Shown here in pieces: positions 11,731 through 25,133 of a DNA stretch of 64,000 nt. How positions within the stretch are numbered: the stretch's first letter is position 1; every line of letters starts with the position of its first letter. The stretch is from the NCBI RefSeq assembly GCF_018350175.1, contig NC_058383.1, forward strand, positions 558,001-622,000, written 5' to 3'. The notes beneath the pieces are model-generated. The model ran no database searches and had not been told where the DNA came from. It worked only from the letters and a program-made list of their open reading frames with translations. Source of the stretch: Felis catus (Eukaryota). The position numbers and the translations under genes are program-made.

Positions 11731-14700
11731 ATCCTTGGACATGGGGCTCTTGGGCACAAGCGTCACAGCCCCCAGGACTTTGCACGCATAAAAGCACTGG
11801 GACTTGCAACGGGCACCTTCCGGAGCGAGCGGCCCCCTGTGCCTTCCCACAAGCGGCCCCCAGCCCTTAGGGCACCGGGAGGGTCCACCTCGCAGGGACC
11901 CCAGCCTGGCCCCCCTGCTTGCACAGCCTCTATTCAGCAAGCGCCTCACCTATTATGCCCCCTGGGGGGGGCAGATGCGGGGGGGGGGGCAGGCTTGTTC
12001 TCTCCACACGACAGACTGGCCACCACGGGGAGGGTGGGCACTCCACGAATCCACCCCCCATGGTCCCCTCGGCAAAGCACTCACAACCCCAGCCACTGCG
12101 GTCTGGGAACCCACTTTCTCCTCAGACGGGCCCGTCTTTATCAAAGAAAAACAAACAGTGATTTATGATTGCACCTGCTTCTGGGTATGTGAGGATTCCG
12201 GGCCGTTCCGCCACCTCTGTCTGGCCAGGAAATGGCTGCATTTTTTCCCCCCAAGAGCACACTGTCAGTGTTAAATTCTCAAAAGCGGCCTCCATGCTAG
12301 CCAATCCCCAGAACAAGACGGCTATGTCCTCGGGACCCTCATGGGGGCTGAGGCCCCCAGACCCATCCAGGAGCCCAAACGGGGCGCGGTGCCCCGCCCC
12401 TCCCTCCCTTCTCCTTCTGTCTGTCTCCTGGGGGCCTGAGCTGCACCTGATAAACAGGACACTCAGCTTTCCCACTGCAAGTCGGCCCGCCATGAACCGC
12501 CCCACACCCGCTCACTCCTGGGGCAAATCCACCCAAACACGTCACCCGGTGATGCCACGACCCCTTCCAGACGAAGGACGCTCAGCAATGACCTGAAGCT
12601 CCGTGCCCCCGCCCCCAGACTCCAGGGCGGGGCACCGTCGATGACAAACACCAGCATTTACTGGACCCCCGCTCACAGCTACCCCGTTGAGGGCACGGCT
12701 AGGGTCCGTTTACAGACAGGGAACCTGGGCGTCTCCTTTCGCTGGAAGGAGGCCTGGACTTGGAAACCGCAGAGGCCCTGAGCTCATCCCTTAACCGAGG
12801 GACTTTCTAAGTGGGGGAAACCTGTCCCGCTGGGCATGAGGACTCCAGAGCCCTGCTGTTCCAGACACGGGACTCCTGGTGTCCCTCTGCGTCCTCCACG
12901 TCCACTCCACGGGACTGAGCCCCAGGGTCACGGCACATGCTCTGACCGGGCTCAGCAGGCAGGTGGTGTGGAGCCCTCGTCCCCCCGCCGGCTGGAAAGG
13001 CCAGCACAGCCCAGGGGCAGTGGCTTCCTGAGGCCACGTCTAGGGCTCTCCCCAGGCAGGCAGGGGGCGGGAGCCTGGAGCCCCGCTCGCCGTGGGGAGG
13101 GGCTCGGAATCCCTTCACGGGAGACCCTCGCCGCTAGAGCCACTCATCTCTCCCCAAGGCCCCTGAACTGGACCCCCCAACTCCATCCGAGGCGCAGAGG
13201 CCTGTCCGGGGCACCCCAGCGAACACGCTCAGACCCCCTTCCGGAAGCCGGAGGTCTAGCAATGCAAAGCCACAGCCAGCTGCCCTGGACGTGGCCACAG
13301 AGCTGGGTCCTGGCCTCTGGACCCGGGGGCCTGACCGACTTAACGGAGCGACCAACTCAGCTGTAAGCCCGCGGGCTACCTGAAGAACACGGGAGCCCCC
13401 AACTCCCAAGGCCACCCCATAGCCGGCCCAACCAGCACGACACCACCAGAGTGGGGGCCGTGCTGTCTACACCACCTTCTCCTGGCCCACGAGGCCTGGG
13501 TGTGGGGGACAGAGTCAGATGCCTGCAGGGTCTGGGGTCAGCCCTCACTGGGGAGTAGAGGAAGGGCTCGTCCCTCCGGGATACCAGTCAGAGAGCATGC
13601 TTGGTGCCCCCCAAGAGCAGACCCCAAACACTGACCACGGCAAGCTGATGCAGGGACACGGCCCCCAGGACCACGTGCTCACCTCTCCCTGAGGTCTGAT
13701 GGCAGCCGTCCCTAGCAAGCCCAGGGGGGCCCGCGGGGGAGCATGGGGTCCAGTCCCCCACCAAGGGCAGGTCCCGGAGAACGGACAAGGCCACGGCCCC
13801 AGAGAGTGAAGGCCCGCACCTGAAACCACGGTCGAGCTGGGGTCACAAGAACCCTCAGGCCACCCTCTATGGTGGTCACAGAAGAGAGCCACCCTCCAAC
13901 GTCAGCGAGTCCTGACACTCAGGGCCTGGGGACCCCTGGCAGCCTCCAGCTGGGCACACTGGACAATTCACCGCCTGGGCTTCAAGGAGGTGGCCACTCC
14001 CGGCCTTCCCTTCCCTTCTCCACTCTGTGACCTTCAACTGTGATCAAAAGGCCATAAACCGGAAAACCAGGCACGTGCCAGCCCGGGGCAGGACCTCCCA
14101 CCTGCCCGGCAACACGGTCCCCTGCTGGCCCCCAGCACCCCTCACGGACGCTCAGCCCGGGACTCTGCAGAGCCCAGGGCCACGAGCTCTGCCTCAAACC
14201 CCACGGACCAGGGACAGCTCGCTGGGCAGGCGTGGGGGCCAGGCTGGCCTCCACAATGGACCTCCTGTTCCCACTGACCTTTTGTCCCTTCTCGGCCAAA
14301 GCCCCCAGTGTCTGGGGCCGGATGTTTCCCTGCCAACCCTGTGATGGGGAGGCAGGGAGAGGGGAAGGAGGAAGGGGTCTGAGAGGAGCAGGACGCGGGA
14401 CATGGAACCGGGCCACTGAGCTCCCGCTGCAGGACTAGCCCCTCTGTCCCCTTGGGTGGACCGCGACCCCATCAGAGCAGATGAAGGCCCATAGGGGGAG
14501 CCCTGGCCCAGTGCCACTCTGCCCAGCCCTTTGGGCCTGTGCCCAAGGCAGACATGGGCCGCACCCCCCACCCACCAACACACACCGTGCTGGAGGCCCC
14601 GCCGGAGCGTCTGGACCCCCACCCACCCACTCAGGTGGGCCAGGGAGAGGGCATCCCTGCCCGTCCCAGGACCAGACGCTCTGCAGTCCTTACCCCGTGG

Positions 14701-14810
14701 GAGGCAGGAGCCCATTTCATTCCCGCACCTCTGTATCTGCGAGAGCCCGACTGGGCACCGAAAGGCAGCCCCAGCGCCCACGCGTGGGGCTGTCCCATCA
14801 AGAGCACCAT

Positions 14811-15029
14811 GGGGCACCCCGGTGGCTCGGCGGTTGAGCGTCCGACTTCAGCCAGGTCACGATCTCGCGGTCTGTGAGTTCGAGCCCCGCGTCGGGCTCT
14901 GTGCTGACAGCTCAGAGCCTGGAGCCTGCTTCGGATCCTGTGTCTCCCTCTCTCTCTGCCCCTCCCCTGCTCATGCTCTGTCTCACTCTGTTTCTCAAAA
15001 CTAAATAAATGTCAAAAAAAAAAAGAGAG
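14811..15029 (+). mobile_element. CAN-SINE (SINEC_Fc-type), full length, PDGFA intron 4
   Basis: GGGGCACC..GTGGCTCGGCGGTTGAG head, B box GTTCGAGCC, CT-rich tract, A tail; 9-bp TSD AGAGCACCA at 14801-14809 and 15030-15038. Confidence 0.95.
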
Positions 15030-15652
15030 AGAGCACCACCATCCCCACGCCCAGGAAGGAAAGATCTCAGCACCTGGATTCTTGGGGCTCAGGCCCCCTC
15101 ACAACATGGCACAGGTGAGGACACCGAGATCTGAGGGAGGCTGCACTGGCCACGGCCCCACAGCAGGTGCAGAATGCACAGGTCCCGTCCCCTCTGGCCT
15201 CTGTGTCCCCCTTTGACAAGGGTGCCGTGCTGGGCTCGGCACCCGGCTGGGGGCCCCGTCGGGGGTCAGGCCCGAGAGCCCCGTGGAGACAAGAGTCAGC
15301 ATCCCGGGCCAGCGCCCTGCGAGCCCCGCTGCAGGGGAGCGTCCGCCTTGGGGATCACAGTGCAGCAAGCCGTGGAATCTGCTCACTCAAGGCCCCAGGT
15401 GCTCGAGGACCACAGCCCCAATTAAGGTCTGACGTGCCTTCCCAAGTGACGAACAAGTGGGGCCTGACCGAGAAAGTGCCCGGGGCCTGGCCTGGGAGCC
15501 CACAGAAAAGATCTAAAATACCTCCCATCAGGGAATGGCCTCTGACGCCCCCAGAGAGGAAGTTTGCAATCCGGGGAAAAGGGACCCGCCTGCCTCTTGG
15601 AGGCCCAGCCAGCCGGGCAGTGCCCGCTGCCCAAGTCCACACTCCAGGGTCA

Positions 15653-16798
<1,146 letters not shown>

Positions 16799-18765
16799 TC
16801 AAGGTGAGTGAGCAGCAGCGAGGGCCAGGCGGGGACCCCCCAGGAGAAAGGCCTTGCTGGCAAAGGGGACCACAAGACACAGGGAGCCCAGAGGCCCAGG
16901 GAAGCCCCAGGTGGCCCGCAGAGGGGGCGGGCGTGGGAACCGATGCTGAAAGGGGAGTGTCTCCATCGACGGTTAGGGCGCTCCCAGGGCCGGTGGAAAA
17001 TGGGTAGAACAGGGAAGCTGAGGCTGGGACCCCCACAGCGACAGCCCTGCCTGCTGCCACCCCCACAAGGCCAGGCCCTGCCCCAGGAAGGGACACGGCC
17101 CTGCCTCCCCAGCCCACCAGCCACAGTTCTGCTCAGCAAAAGCCACCAAGAGACCACCCCGCCGGCCTCCGAGGAGAAGCTGGTGCTACCTCCTCTGCGC
17201 TCCTCAGCACAGGCCAGCCTGTCCACCCCGAAGCCCCGAAGTTCAGGGGGCGCCAGGGCATGCCCGCCAGATGAGGAATCCACCTGGGGACCCCAGTGCA
17301 CATGCCGCCCTCTGGCAGCATCCGGCCGTGGCGCTGGCCCTGGCCCCGGCCCCCCACCGTGTGCCTGGAGAGCCCCGCCAGGCTCTGGTGCTGCCCACGG
17401 GAGCTGCTGCCTCCAGGGGCAAGCAGGGACCCCCGAGCCCAGAACTGGAGGGAGCCGCGCCTGGGCGCAGAGGGCTCGGCCTGACCCCCGTGGCCAGCTG
17501 GCATGAGGCAGGGCCTTGTCTTCTGCAGACAAGCTTGAGATGCGGGTGAAGCCAGGGAGGGGTGCCAGCCTCTCTCCTGCCCATCTGCCACTAGGGTGAG
17601 ACCACCCCCCTTCCAGATCCTTGGGAGACTCGGGGTACTCGAATCCCCCGAGGTGCTCGGGGAGCACCTGGAGAGGGGGGGCACTGGGCCTCCAAGAACA
17701 GCCCCACCTACAGGGAAGGCTGGGTGCTGGGGGCGGGGGAGGGGGGGTCTCAGCTCCCAGCCCAGTGCCCACCACCTGGGAGGGGTCTGGGGAACCCGTC
17801 CAGGTGGGGCCGAGGGTGGAGCTGGGGAGAGAGGCCTGTGTCCAGGGCTCCTGGTCTGGAATAGGACAGGCCTCTGACACTGGTCTGCAGAACCTGAACC
17901 CTACAGTCAAACGGTAAACGTCTGCTGCTTTCGCGAGGAATCATCACCCACACGCTGCGCTCAATGACAGAAGCTAGGAAGTCTACCTCCTGGGAGTAAA
18001 TCTAAGGCTCAGAGAAGGCAGGTGCTGCCCAATGGCACACAGCAGAGAGCAGCAGTGCGTGGTCACAACCAGGCAGTAAGGAAAAGTGGCAGGAACGAAC
18101 CCCCAGGTGGCATCGCCTCCAACCCCGGAGCCCGAGTCCCAGCGCAAGAAAGCGCAGGCCGAGGCTGTGTCGCAGCCGACCCAGAGCCCCCACGCCCCCG
18201 CCCCCCCCCCCCCCCACAACGGCCAGTCCTTCCTCAGGGGCCAGCAGACACGGGGATGCCCTGCTAGGCGACAGGACAGAAACGCCACCCGAACCCAGGA
18301 GCCCAGGAGCCGAGGCCGAGCGGGGCGGGGGCCGAGGGCAGGGCCCAGCGCACACAGCTCGGCCGCATCTCAGGCTCCGCAGCCTGGAGGCTGAGCTCCA
18401 GCGCACCGCGCCACAGACTGGAAATGAAACACGACCACGTTTTCCAGCGAGGCCTCCTCCAGAACAGGCCCCAACAAGACCGGGCACTTAAGGAATTTAT
18501 GATGGCTCTCCTCTCCTGGAAACTCTTGGCCCAGGCCAGGCTGCAGCAGGCAGCAGACGGGCCAGGGCAGGGAGACGCCCCCGGCAGAGGAGGGAGGCCT
18601 CCAGAGACGGCGGGCGGCCAGAGCTGAAGTCGCTGGGGCCCCTGCGCAGGCCGGGCCTTTGTTTCACGGAGGAGGGCGGGGGTGGTGGTCCTGAAGGCAC
18701 GGTGGGGGCGAGCCCCCCAGCCCGGCACGCCCCCCCCCCCCCCACCCGGCAGGCCCGGGGCTCAC

Positions 18766-18870
18766 CAATGCTTCTCTTCCTCCGAATGGGCACGGGCCGC
18801 TTCTCGGGCGCATGCTTGGAGGAGTGGCCCCCGTGGGCTCTCAGACTCGCCTCCAGAGCACCCTCGGGCC
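18766..18870 (-). CDS. PDGFA: PDGFA exon 3 (propeptide, furin site RRKR|SI)
   Basis: 105 nt; tttctccctgcag|GG acceptor, ATTG|gtgagc donor; translation [35 protein letters not shown]. Confidence 0.97.
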
Positions 18871-21800
18871 CTGCAGGGAGAAAGAGGAAATGGTGACCGG
18901 CGGGGCCCCCCATCTGCGTGGCGCCCGGGGACCTGTCCAGCAATGCTTCCTACCTGCCTCCCCCAGACAGACAGGGTCCCCTAGGAGACCCGCCACTCCC
19001 ACAGGCGCAGAGGATTCGAGTTCTGACTGCCAAAACTCGGCCCCCCAACCTCTGCGCAGCATACACGGAGGGGCCCGGGCTGTGCCCTGGCCGTACCTTG
19101 AAGCAAAGCTGTGGACTTGGGGTAAAGGGGCCACGTGCGGTCTCCCCTGGGGCGCCTCCCCAAGTGAGGGCCAGAGCAGGGAAGGCCTTCCTTGTCCAAA
19201 AGACCCAGGCCCCCTGCTCACAGCCCCCTTTTCCCAGGCCCACCTCCGGGAAAAGGTGTCAGAAGGACCAGCACGGTGTGACTTTCCTGGGGTGTGTGTG
19301 TGTCTCCCTCTTTCTCACCAGACCGACTCTCGATGAAGCACCCTAACCTTTGAGGGGCACGGGAAGCCAGGCCCGACCGGACCGACAGCTGGACCCCGCC
19401 TGGCCCACCCTGAGTCCACAAGAAACGCACACAGAGAAGCAAAGGAGCAGGAATCCCAGTGCGCGGCCGAGAGGCCGGCTGGCAGGAAGGCAGGCGTGCT
19501 TGCTGCCCTTGGCCTCAGAGCAGTGGTCCCAGCGCTAAAATCAGAACCGGACCCTCGTCCCCCAGGCCCGCGACAGCCCCAGTACACACGCCACGGCCCT
19601 CTCCCACCCCAGTGCCCCTGGGCAGCCTAGGGGAGCCCCAGGTGGGGTAGGAGGGACACACAGTCCTGCCACCTGCCACCCACACCGACCAGGCCCCCTG
19701 ACACTGCCTGTGCCCGGATGACTGCTGTGGGTCGCACCTGGCCTCCCTGCCTCGACCCCAGACCCAGCCACGGGGGGGAAGGGGGTCTCCTTCCACGTCG
19801 CCCTCCAGCCTCCCCCTGTAGATGAGCAGGGGCCCCGGGTCTGAGGAGCTCCAACAGACAGGGGCTCCAGCAGACCCCTTCTTCCGTGGTGTCCCGGCCA
19901 CCAGCCCAGACCAGAGGCGCCCTCCTGGGCGCCCGGACCACCAAGGCCTCAGGGACTGTCTACAAACCCACAAACCTGAAAGCTCCACTCTTTTAAAACG
20001 AAAACCAAATACCAGGCGAAAGGTGCAATCGCCAGAAGATACGTTCTTTCAGAAAACTGAAGTCTGGGAAAAACCCAACTTTTCACTTAAAATGACTCAA
20101 TGTTCCACTGCCACTAATTTTTTTGAGACCCGAAATAAGACCAGAACACAACTATTCATGCAGTAAGAATTTCCCATCAACCAACTGTTACAAGAGGCAT
20201 TTTTTCGCAAAAAAAGTGACATTTATGAGTCACGTCCCGGTGGCGGCCATCTTGCCGTCCCCACACCAAAGAGCAGCTGGCCCGCTGTCAGCTTCCGGGG
20301 GCAAGCGTCACGGCACGCGGGCCACCAGCTTCCGAGACTTCCTAAAGCCAGGGGTCACCTATGGCTTTCCTGGAGACTCAGTCCTGACGTGTCCGCAGGG
20401 GCCGCCTCCACTTCCTGACATCTGAGGAAACTGAGGCCCAAGACGCGAACGCTGGGTAGGGGCATGGCCATAGGAGGACCCGGGAGCCCCGTCCGGGCCT
20501 CTCGCCTGAATAAACAGAGAAGACAAGGGCCCTGCCAGCTTATCAACGGCGCTGAAACCTGAACCCGCAGATTGCTTTCAAGACAAGAGGCGGGGTAGAA
20601 ATAGCTCCTGGTCAAACACGCCCTCCGTTGCCCGCGGATCCAGATGGGTGGCCGCGCACTGCGCGCCCATCCACGCTCACGGGGGAGCGGCCTTCTGATT
20701 GATGCCGCTTGAGAAATGGCCCAGCAGCGACTTGGGGGAGAAGGCCCCGCCTGAACGATGCCCTAAAACGGCTCTCAGGACAGTTAATCAAGTGGGTTTC
20801 CCTTTTGTCTCTCGTGCACAAATGTCCGAGTGACAGCTCAGGATGGGGACAAGCCCCCTCCAGCCTTCAGTCCTAGAGCAGCATTAATGGCCCAGGACAG
20901 GGATGTTTATGCATCAGTCACTCAGTGACCACCTCCCCCCCCCAACCCCGGCTGCTGGGATAACAAAGCACCCCCGCTGTCCTGCTCAGTGGCTCTTTCT
21001 CATCCTGAACTCAGAGACCACACACTGGTCCCTCCACCCAAACGCCCCACGTGGAGAGTCAGCGACGCCCCAACTCCATTCGCCCTCCGGCAGCGCTCAG
21101 ACTCAGGGCGGTTCCCATCGCCCCTGGGGTAGGAATCCTACCGGGACAGGCTTCATCTGTAAAATGGGGTTACACCCACCCGCCCACGGGGAAGAACCTG
21201 GGATCCTACAGGTCCCCCCAAAGCCCCGCCCATGCCAGGAGGGAGGAGTCAGCCTGTAAGAAAAAGCCTTTTCTGCCCCTGGGGCCGAATTCCCTTCGCA
21301 CCCCGACCTCCGACCTGGGGTGGGGGTCGGGGACGCCTCACCCTTGAGTTACCAAGAGGGATAAAGACCCACCGGCTGGGTGTCTGGGTTTCTCCACACC
21401 CCAGCTCCTTCCTCCGGGATCCCAGACAGGCTCCAGGGCCTGGAGGGCAGCTCAGTCCACAGACAACTGACCCCTCGGCTGTTTACGACCTTCCCCGACA
21501 GCAAGATCTGTTTCAACTCATCCCTTTGGGCGGGAACAGGTGTTGGGGGGGGAAGACCCCAAAACAAGCTCCGGAAGCAGCCAGCAGCAACCCCTACGCT
21601 GAGGCCAGAGGCCACGCACTGCCGTGGTTCCCAGCTTCCACACCCCCGCGAAAGGGGCCAGACCTGGATGGAGGGCCACCCGAGGCTGTGTCACAAAGGG
21701 CCTCCTAGGCCCACTCCTGGCGAGCACCTTAAGGTCCCAGAAGCCCGGCTCCATTCTCGCCCCGGTATCCCCAGCAAGATGAGTCCTAACCCAGGATCCT

Positions 21801-23519
21801 AGCCGGACCCCAAACCGTGCGGCAGACGGGTGGGGGTGCAGGACGAGGAGGAGGGCCCGGGGCTTTTGGTAAGGGGGCAATTCGAGACCAGCCCAGGGAA
21901 CTGGCTGGTGCATCCAGCTTCTCCAGTTTGGACCCTCCCAGAGAATCCCGGGCCCAAGCGCCCCCAGGTCAGGAATGCCATCAGCATAACCCACCCAGCG
22001 GCAAATGCAGAAAGTGTTAATGGGTGGGGGTTGGGGGCGGGGCTGCAGAGACCAGAATAAGAATGGTCCCAACAGAAAGCGAATGGCCCATTTCCCGGTG
22101 GCGTCCCAAAGCCGTCCCACAGGGAGGCCCAGCCCTTCACAGGCCTCGTTCCCGAAAGCTGAAGAAAAAAGGCCGTGAACCTTCTCAGGGAAGCGGTCTC
22201 CCCACTCGTACAAATCGGCCAGGGCCCAGCAGAACGCAGGCTTCTCCTCAGCTAACCAAAGCCAAATCCTTCTCCCCAGGGTTACACATCAAGGAACCAG
22301 ACCAAAATCCCCCCCTGGCCCAACTCTGATCTCCGAGTGAAATTCTACCCCCTTCCTGATAAGGATCAGCCAAAGGACTTCCTGGGTCACGAAACTACAG
22401 AAACCATGGGCCTTGCTAGAAAATGGTCTTGGCATGAAATGAAAATAGTTCAGGCCTCTCCACCACCATAATTAGGTACAAATTTCCAAATGACTAGACC
22501 ATGTGATTTTACTTAATTCCCCCTCGGCCCCCCTCTTTCAGGGTAGTCTGCAGGGAGAGAGAAATCTTCACTGAATCCTTCCACCGGCCTCCACCACTTG
22601 CCGTGGCTCTGTCTGACAAGTCCATCTTGGGCCTCTTTTCAACCAGACCCTAACAAATGTCCTCTGACAGATGTATTTCTGTAGCTGACCCTCCACATGC
22701 CTCGTTTCCCCCACCAAACACAGATTTCGAGCAGGACACCACGAAGATGTGGGTCAGAATCCCGGTCCTCTAGAAAAGGGCTCCCTCAGTTCACACCGCA
22801 GTGCAGCCACCAACAAACACCACCGACGACGACCTGGGTCCCAGGGGACCTGTGCGCGCCAGTCCCCTCCAATTCTGCAGCTGACGCTGAAGATCTTCAA
22901 AACTCTCCATTTACAGATAAACCGGAGTGGCTAGGCTCCAGGGCCTGGGGGTGAGCCCCAAAACAGTCCCCAAACACCAGATGTGTCCAAGACGTGCCTT
23001 TTTATTGGCCCGTGAAAAGAGAAAGGCACGGGTCTCCGGAAACCACAAAGGCCCCGCCGCCCCCCCCCCCAGGAGTGGGGCACCAGTTCCCCGCGAAGAC
23101 AAGGGGGCAGCTCCTCCAGCACACGCCTGCCCGCGGGGCGCACGGCCAGGGCTCCGCGCCCAGGCCCCGGCCGGCTCTGCCGCTCCTCCGGCCGGAGGGC
23201 AGGCCCGGGGCCCGCACACCTGGCCCGGGCGCCGGCGCCCCCTATGCGGCTGAACTTTCAGTGACACACACGGCATTTTCCTTAAATGCAAAAACAATCC
23301 CCGGGCAAGCGAGCAAATCGCGGCCGCCTCCGGAGAGAAAGTGGGGATTGGAAGAGAAACTCCTGACTCATCCGCCTGGGCTTTTATGGCCCGGGATTGG
23401 ATTCTGACCTTTCGGTTCGTTCCTGAGCGGCGCCCGGCCCGGCCCGAGCGCGGGAGGCGGCGCGGGGCGCATACCCCCGCACACCCACCCCGCGCGCCGA
23501 GGGAAGGGGCGCGATTTAC

Positions 23520-23616
23520 CTACGGAGTCTATCTCCAGGAGTCGCTGGAGGTCCCGGATGCTGTGGATCTGACTGTGCGCCAGCCTCTCAATCACCTCGT
23601 GGGGGATCTCGGCTTC
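23520..23616 (-). CDS. PDGFA: PDGFA exon 2 ([32 protein letters not shown])
   Basis: 97 nt; tgtttgcag|GAA phase-0 acceptor, GTAG|gtaaat donor. Confidence 0.98.
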
Positions 23617-25070
23617 CTGCAAACAGACCCACACGGTCAGCGCCAGCGGCCGGGCTGTCTCGCGCCCTGCGCCCCCCCCACCCCACCCCACCCCCCGCGC
23701 CCACCCCACCCCCACCTCGCGCCCCCTCCTGCTCGAAGGCTGCCCGGCCCCTACCCGCGGGGCCCTGGAGTCCGAGGCCAGGGGTGGGGCTGGGTGAGAC
23801 CCCAAATGCTCGGCTTCCATCCAGGTCCACCTTTGCAGAAAGAAAGCCCTCCCACCTTTAAATTTTCAAACAAAAGCCCGGCACTGCGGACCCTCCGCCC
23901 CGGGTGTCAGTTACAGTAGGTCTAGGGGCAGCGGAGAGCCCGAGGAGTTTCTGATTTAATAGTGAAATCGACATCCAGAAAGATCAAGTTGAAATGCGTC
24001 ACGGATCGGCGACGAAAGTCACGGCAGCCTTAACACTTTAATCCTGCCAGCGGCTTAAATTTCACACCCCGGAATCCCCGGCCGAACCTGCGGGGTCGAG
24101 GGTCTCCGTCGCAAAAACACGCGCGCGCGCATTCACTCGTTCACACGCGCGCCCCACCCGCTACGGCCCGGCCGCGGCCCTAGCACCGCCCAAGACGCCC
24201 CAAATCCAGCCGCCGGCTGGGAGAGGCTGCATGGCAATGGGAGGGTTAAATCTCCACCTCTCGCAGCTCGCGGTCCCTGCCCAGACCACCCCCGCCTCGC
24301 GGGCTCCCCCCTCCTCCAGATTTTTAAAGGGAGTCGGGGGTCGCTGCTGGGGAGGGGGGGTGGGGAAGGGGTCTCAAGCACCAAGTTCCCACGACGGGGG
24401 CTGCAGAAAGTCATTCATCACAGGAGAGCTCCTGGGGATTCGGGATTCGACATTGGGGGGGTGGGGACGCCGGCGGTGGGAGGGCGCGGGCGCCTGGCCC
24501 GGCCCCGGCTCGCCTCACTCAGCCACCTGTAAGCAGGCCCCGGGCTGGCGGGACTGCGCCGGCCCAGCCGCCAGGGCTAGGCTCAGGGACAGGGACCGGG
24601 GGATGGGCGGGGGGGGGGGGGGCTGTGACCCGCCCCCCCCCCCTGCTGCCCACCCTGCCTGACGGGGACTGCCGCAGCAGCCGCCCCTGTTTATCCGCCG
24701 CTGGCTCCGCCAGGTCACACACACCCCCTTCCGCACTCCCCGCACCCCGATACTGCATTGTCCGCCGCCCCCCGGACGCCCCTTCCGGAGAGGGGCCCGC
24801 GCCCCCCGAAGTTTCTCCCCACTCGTCCACCCCGCGCCACTCCGTCCCTCCACGGCAGAGCGACGCAACACGCTGGAAACTCACCAGACACACTTCGGCT
24901 TGGCAGAAAATAAAACCCAGTTGGGAAAATCAAAAAATCGACCACCCTAGCAGAAATCAAAATGCGCTCCGCAAAGCCCCAGAGCCCGAGGCGCCCCGGC
25001 CCGCGGGCGGCTGCAGGAGGCGTGCGCCGGGGGAGTCGGAGAGGGGACGGGGCGCGGGGGTGGCACCCAC

Positions 25071-25133
25071 CTCGGCCAGGGCATGGGCGAGGTATCCGCA
25101 GCCGAAGAGCAGCAGGCAAGCCCAGGTCCTCAT
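25071..25133 (-). CDS. PDGFA: PDGFA exon 1 coding part, signal peptide MRTWACLLLFGCGYLAHALAE
   Basis: ATG at 25133-25131, 63 nt, GAG|gtgggt donor; hydrophobic signal peptide. Not shown in the ORF track because it is short. Confidence 0.97.

Noticed and set aside
14811..14900. tRNA gene-like A/B boxes (also at 44797, 55776, 61002)
   Set aside because: These are tRNA-derived heads of CAN-SINEs with CT tracts, A tails and TSDs, not tRNA genes.
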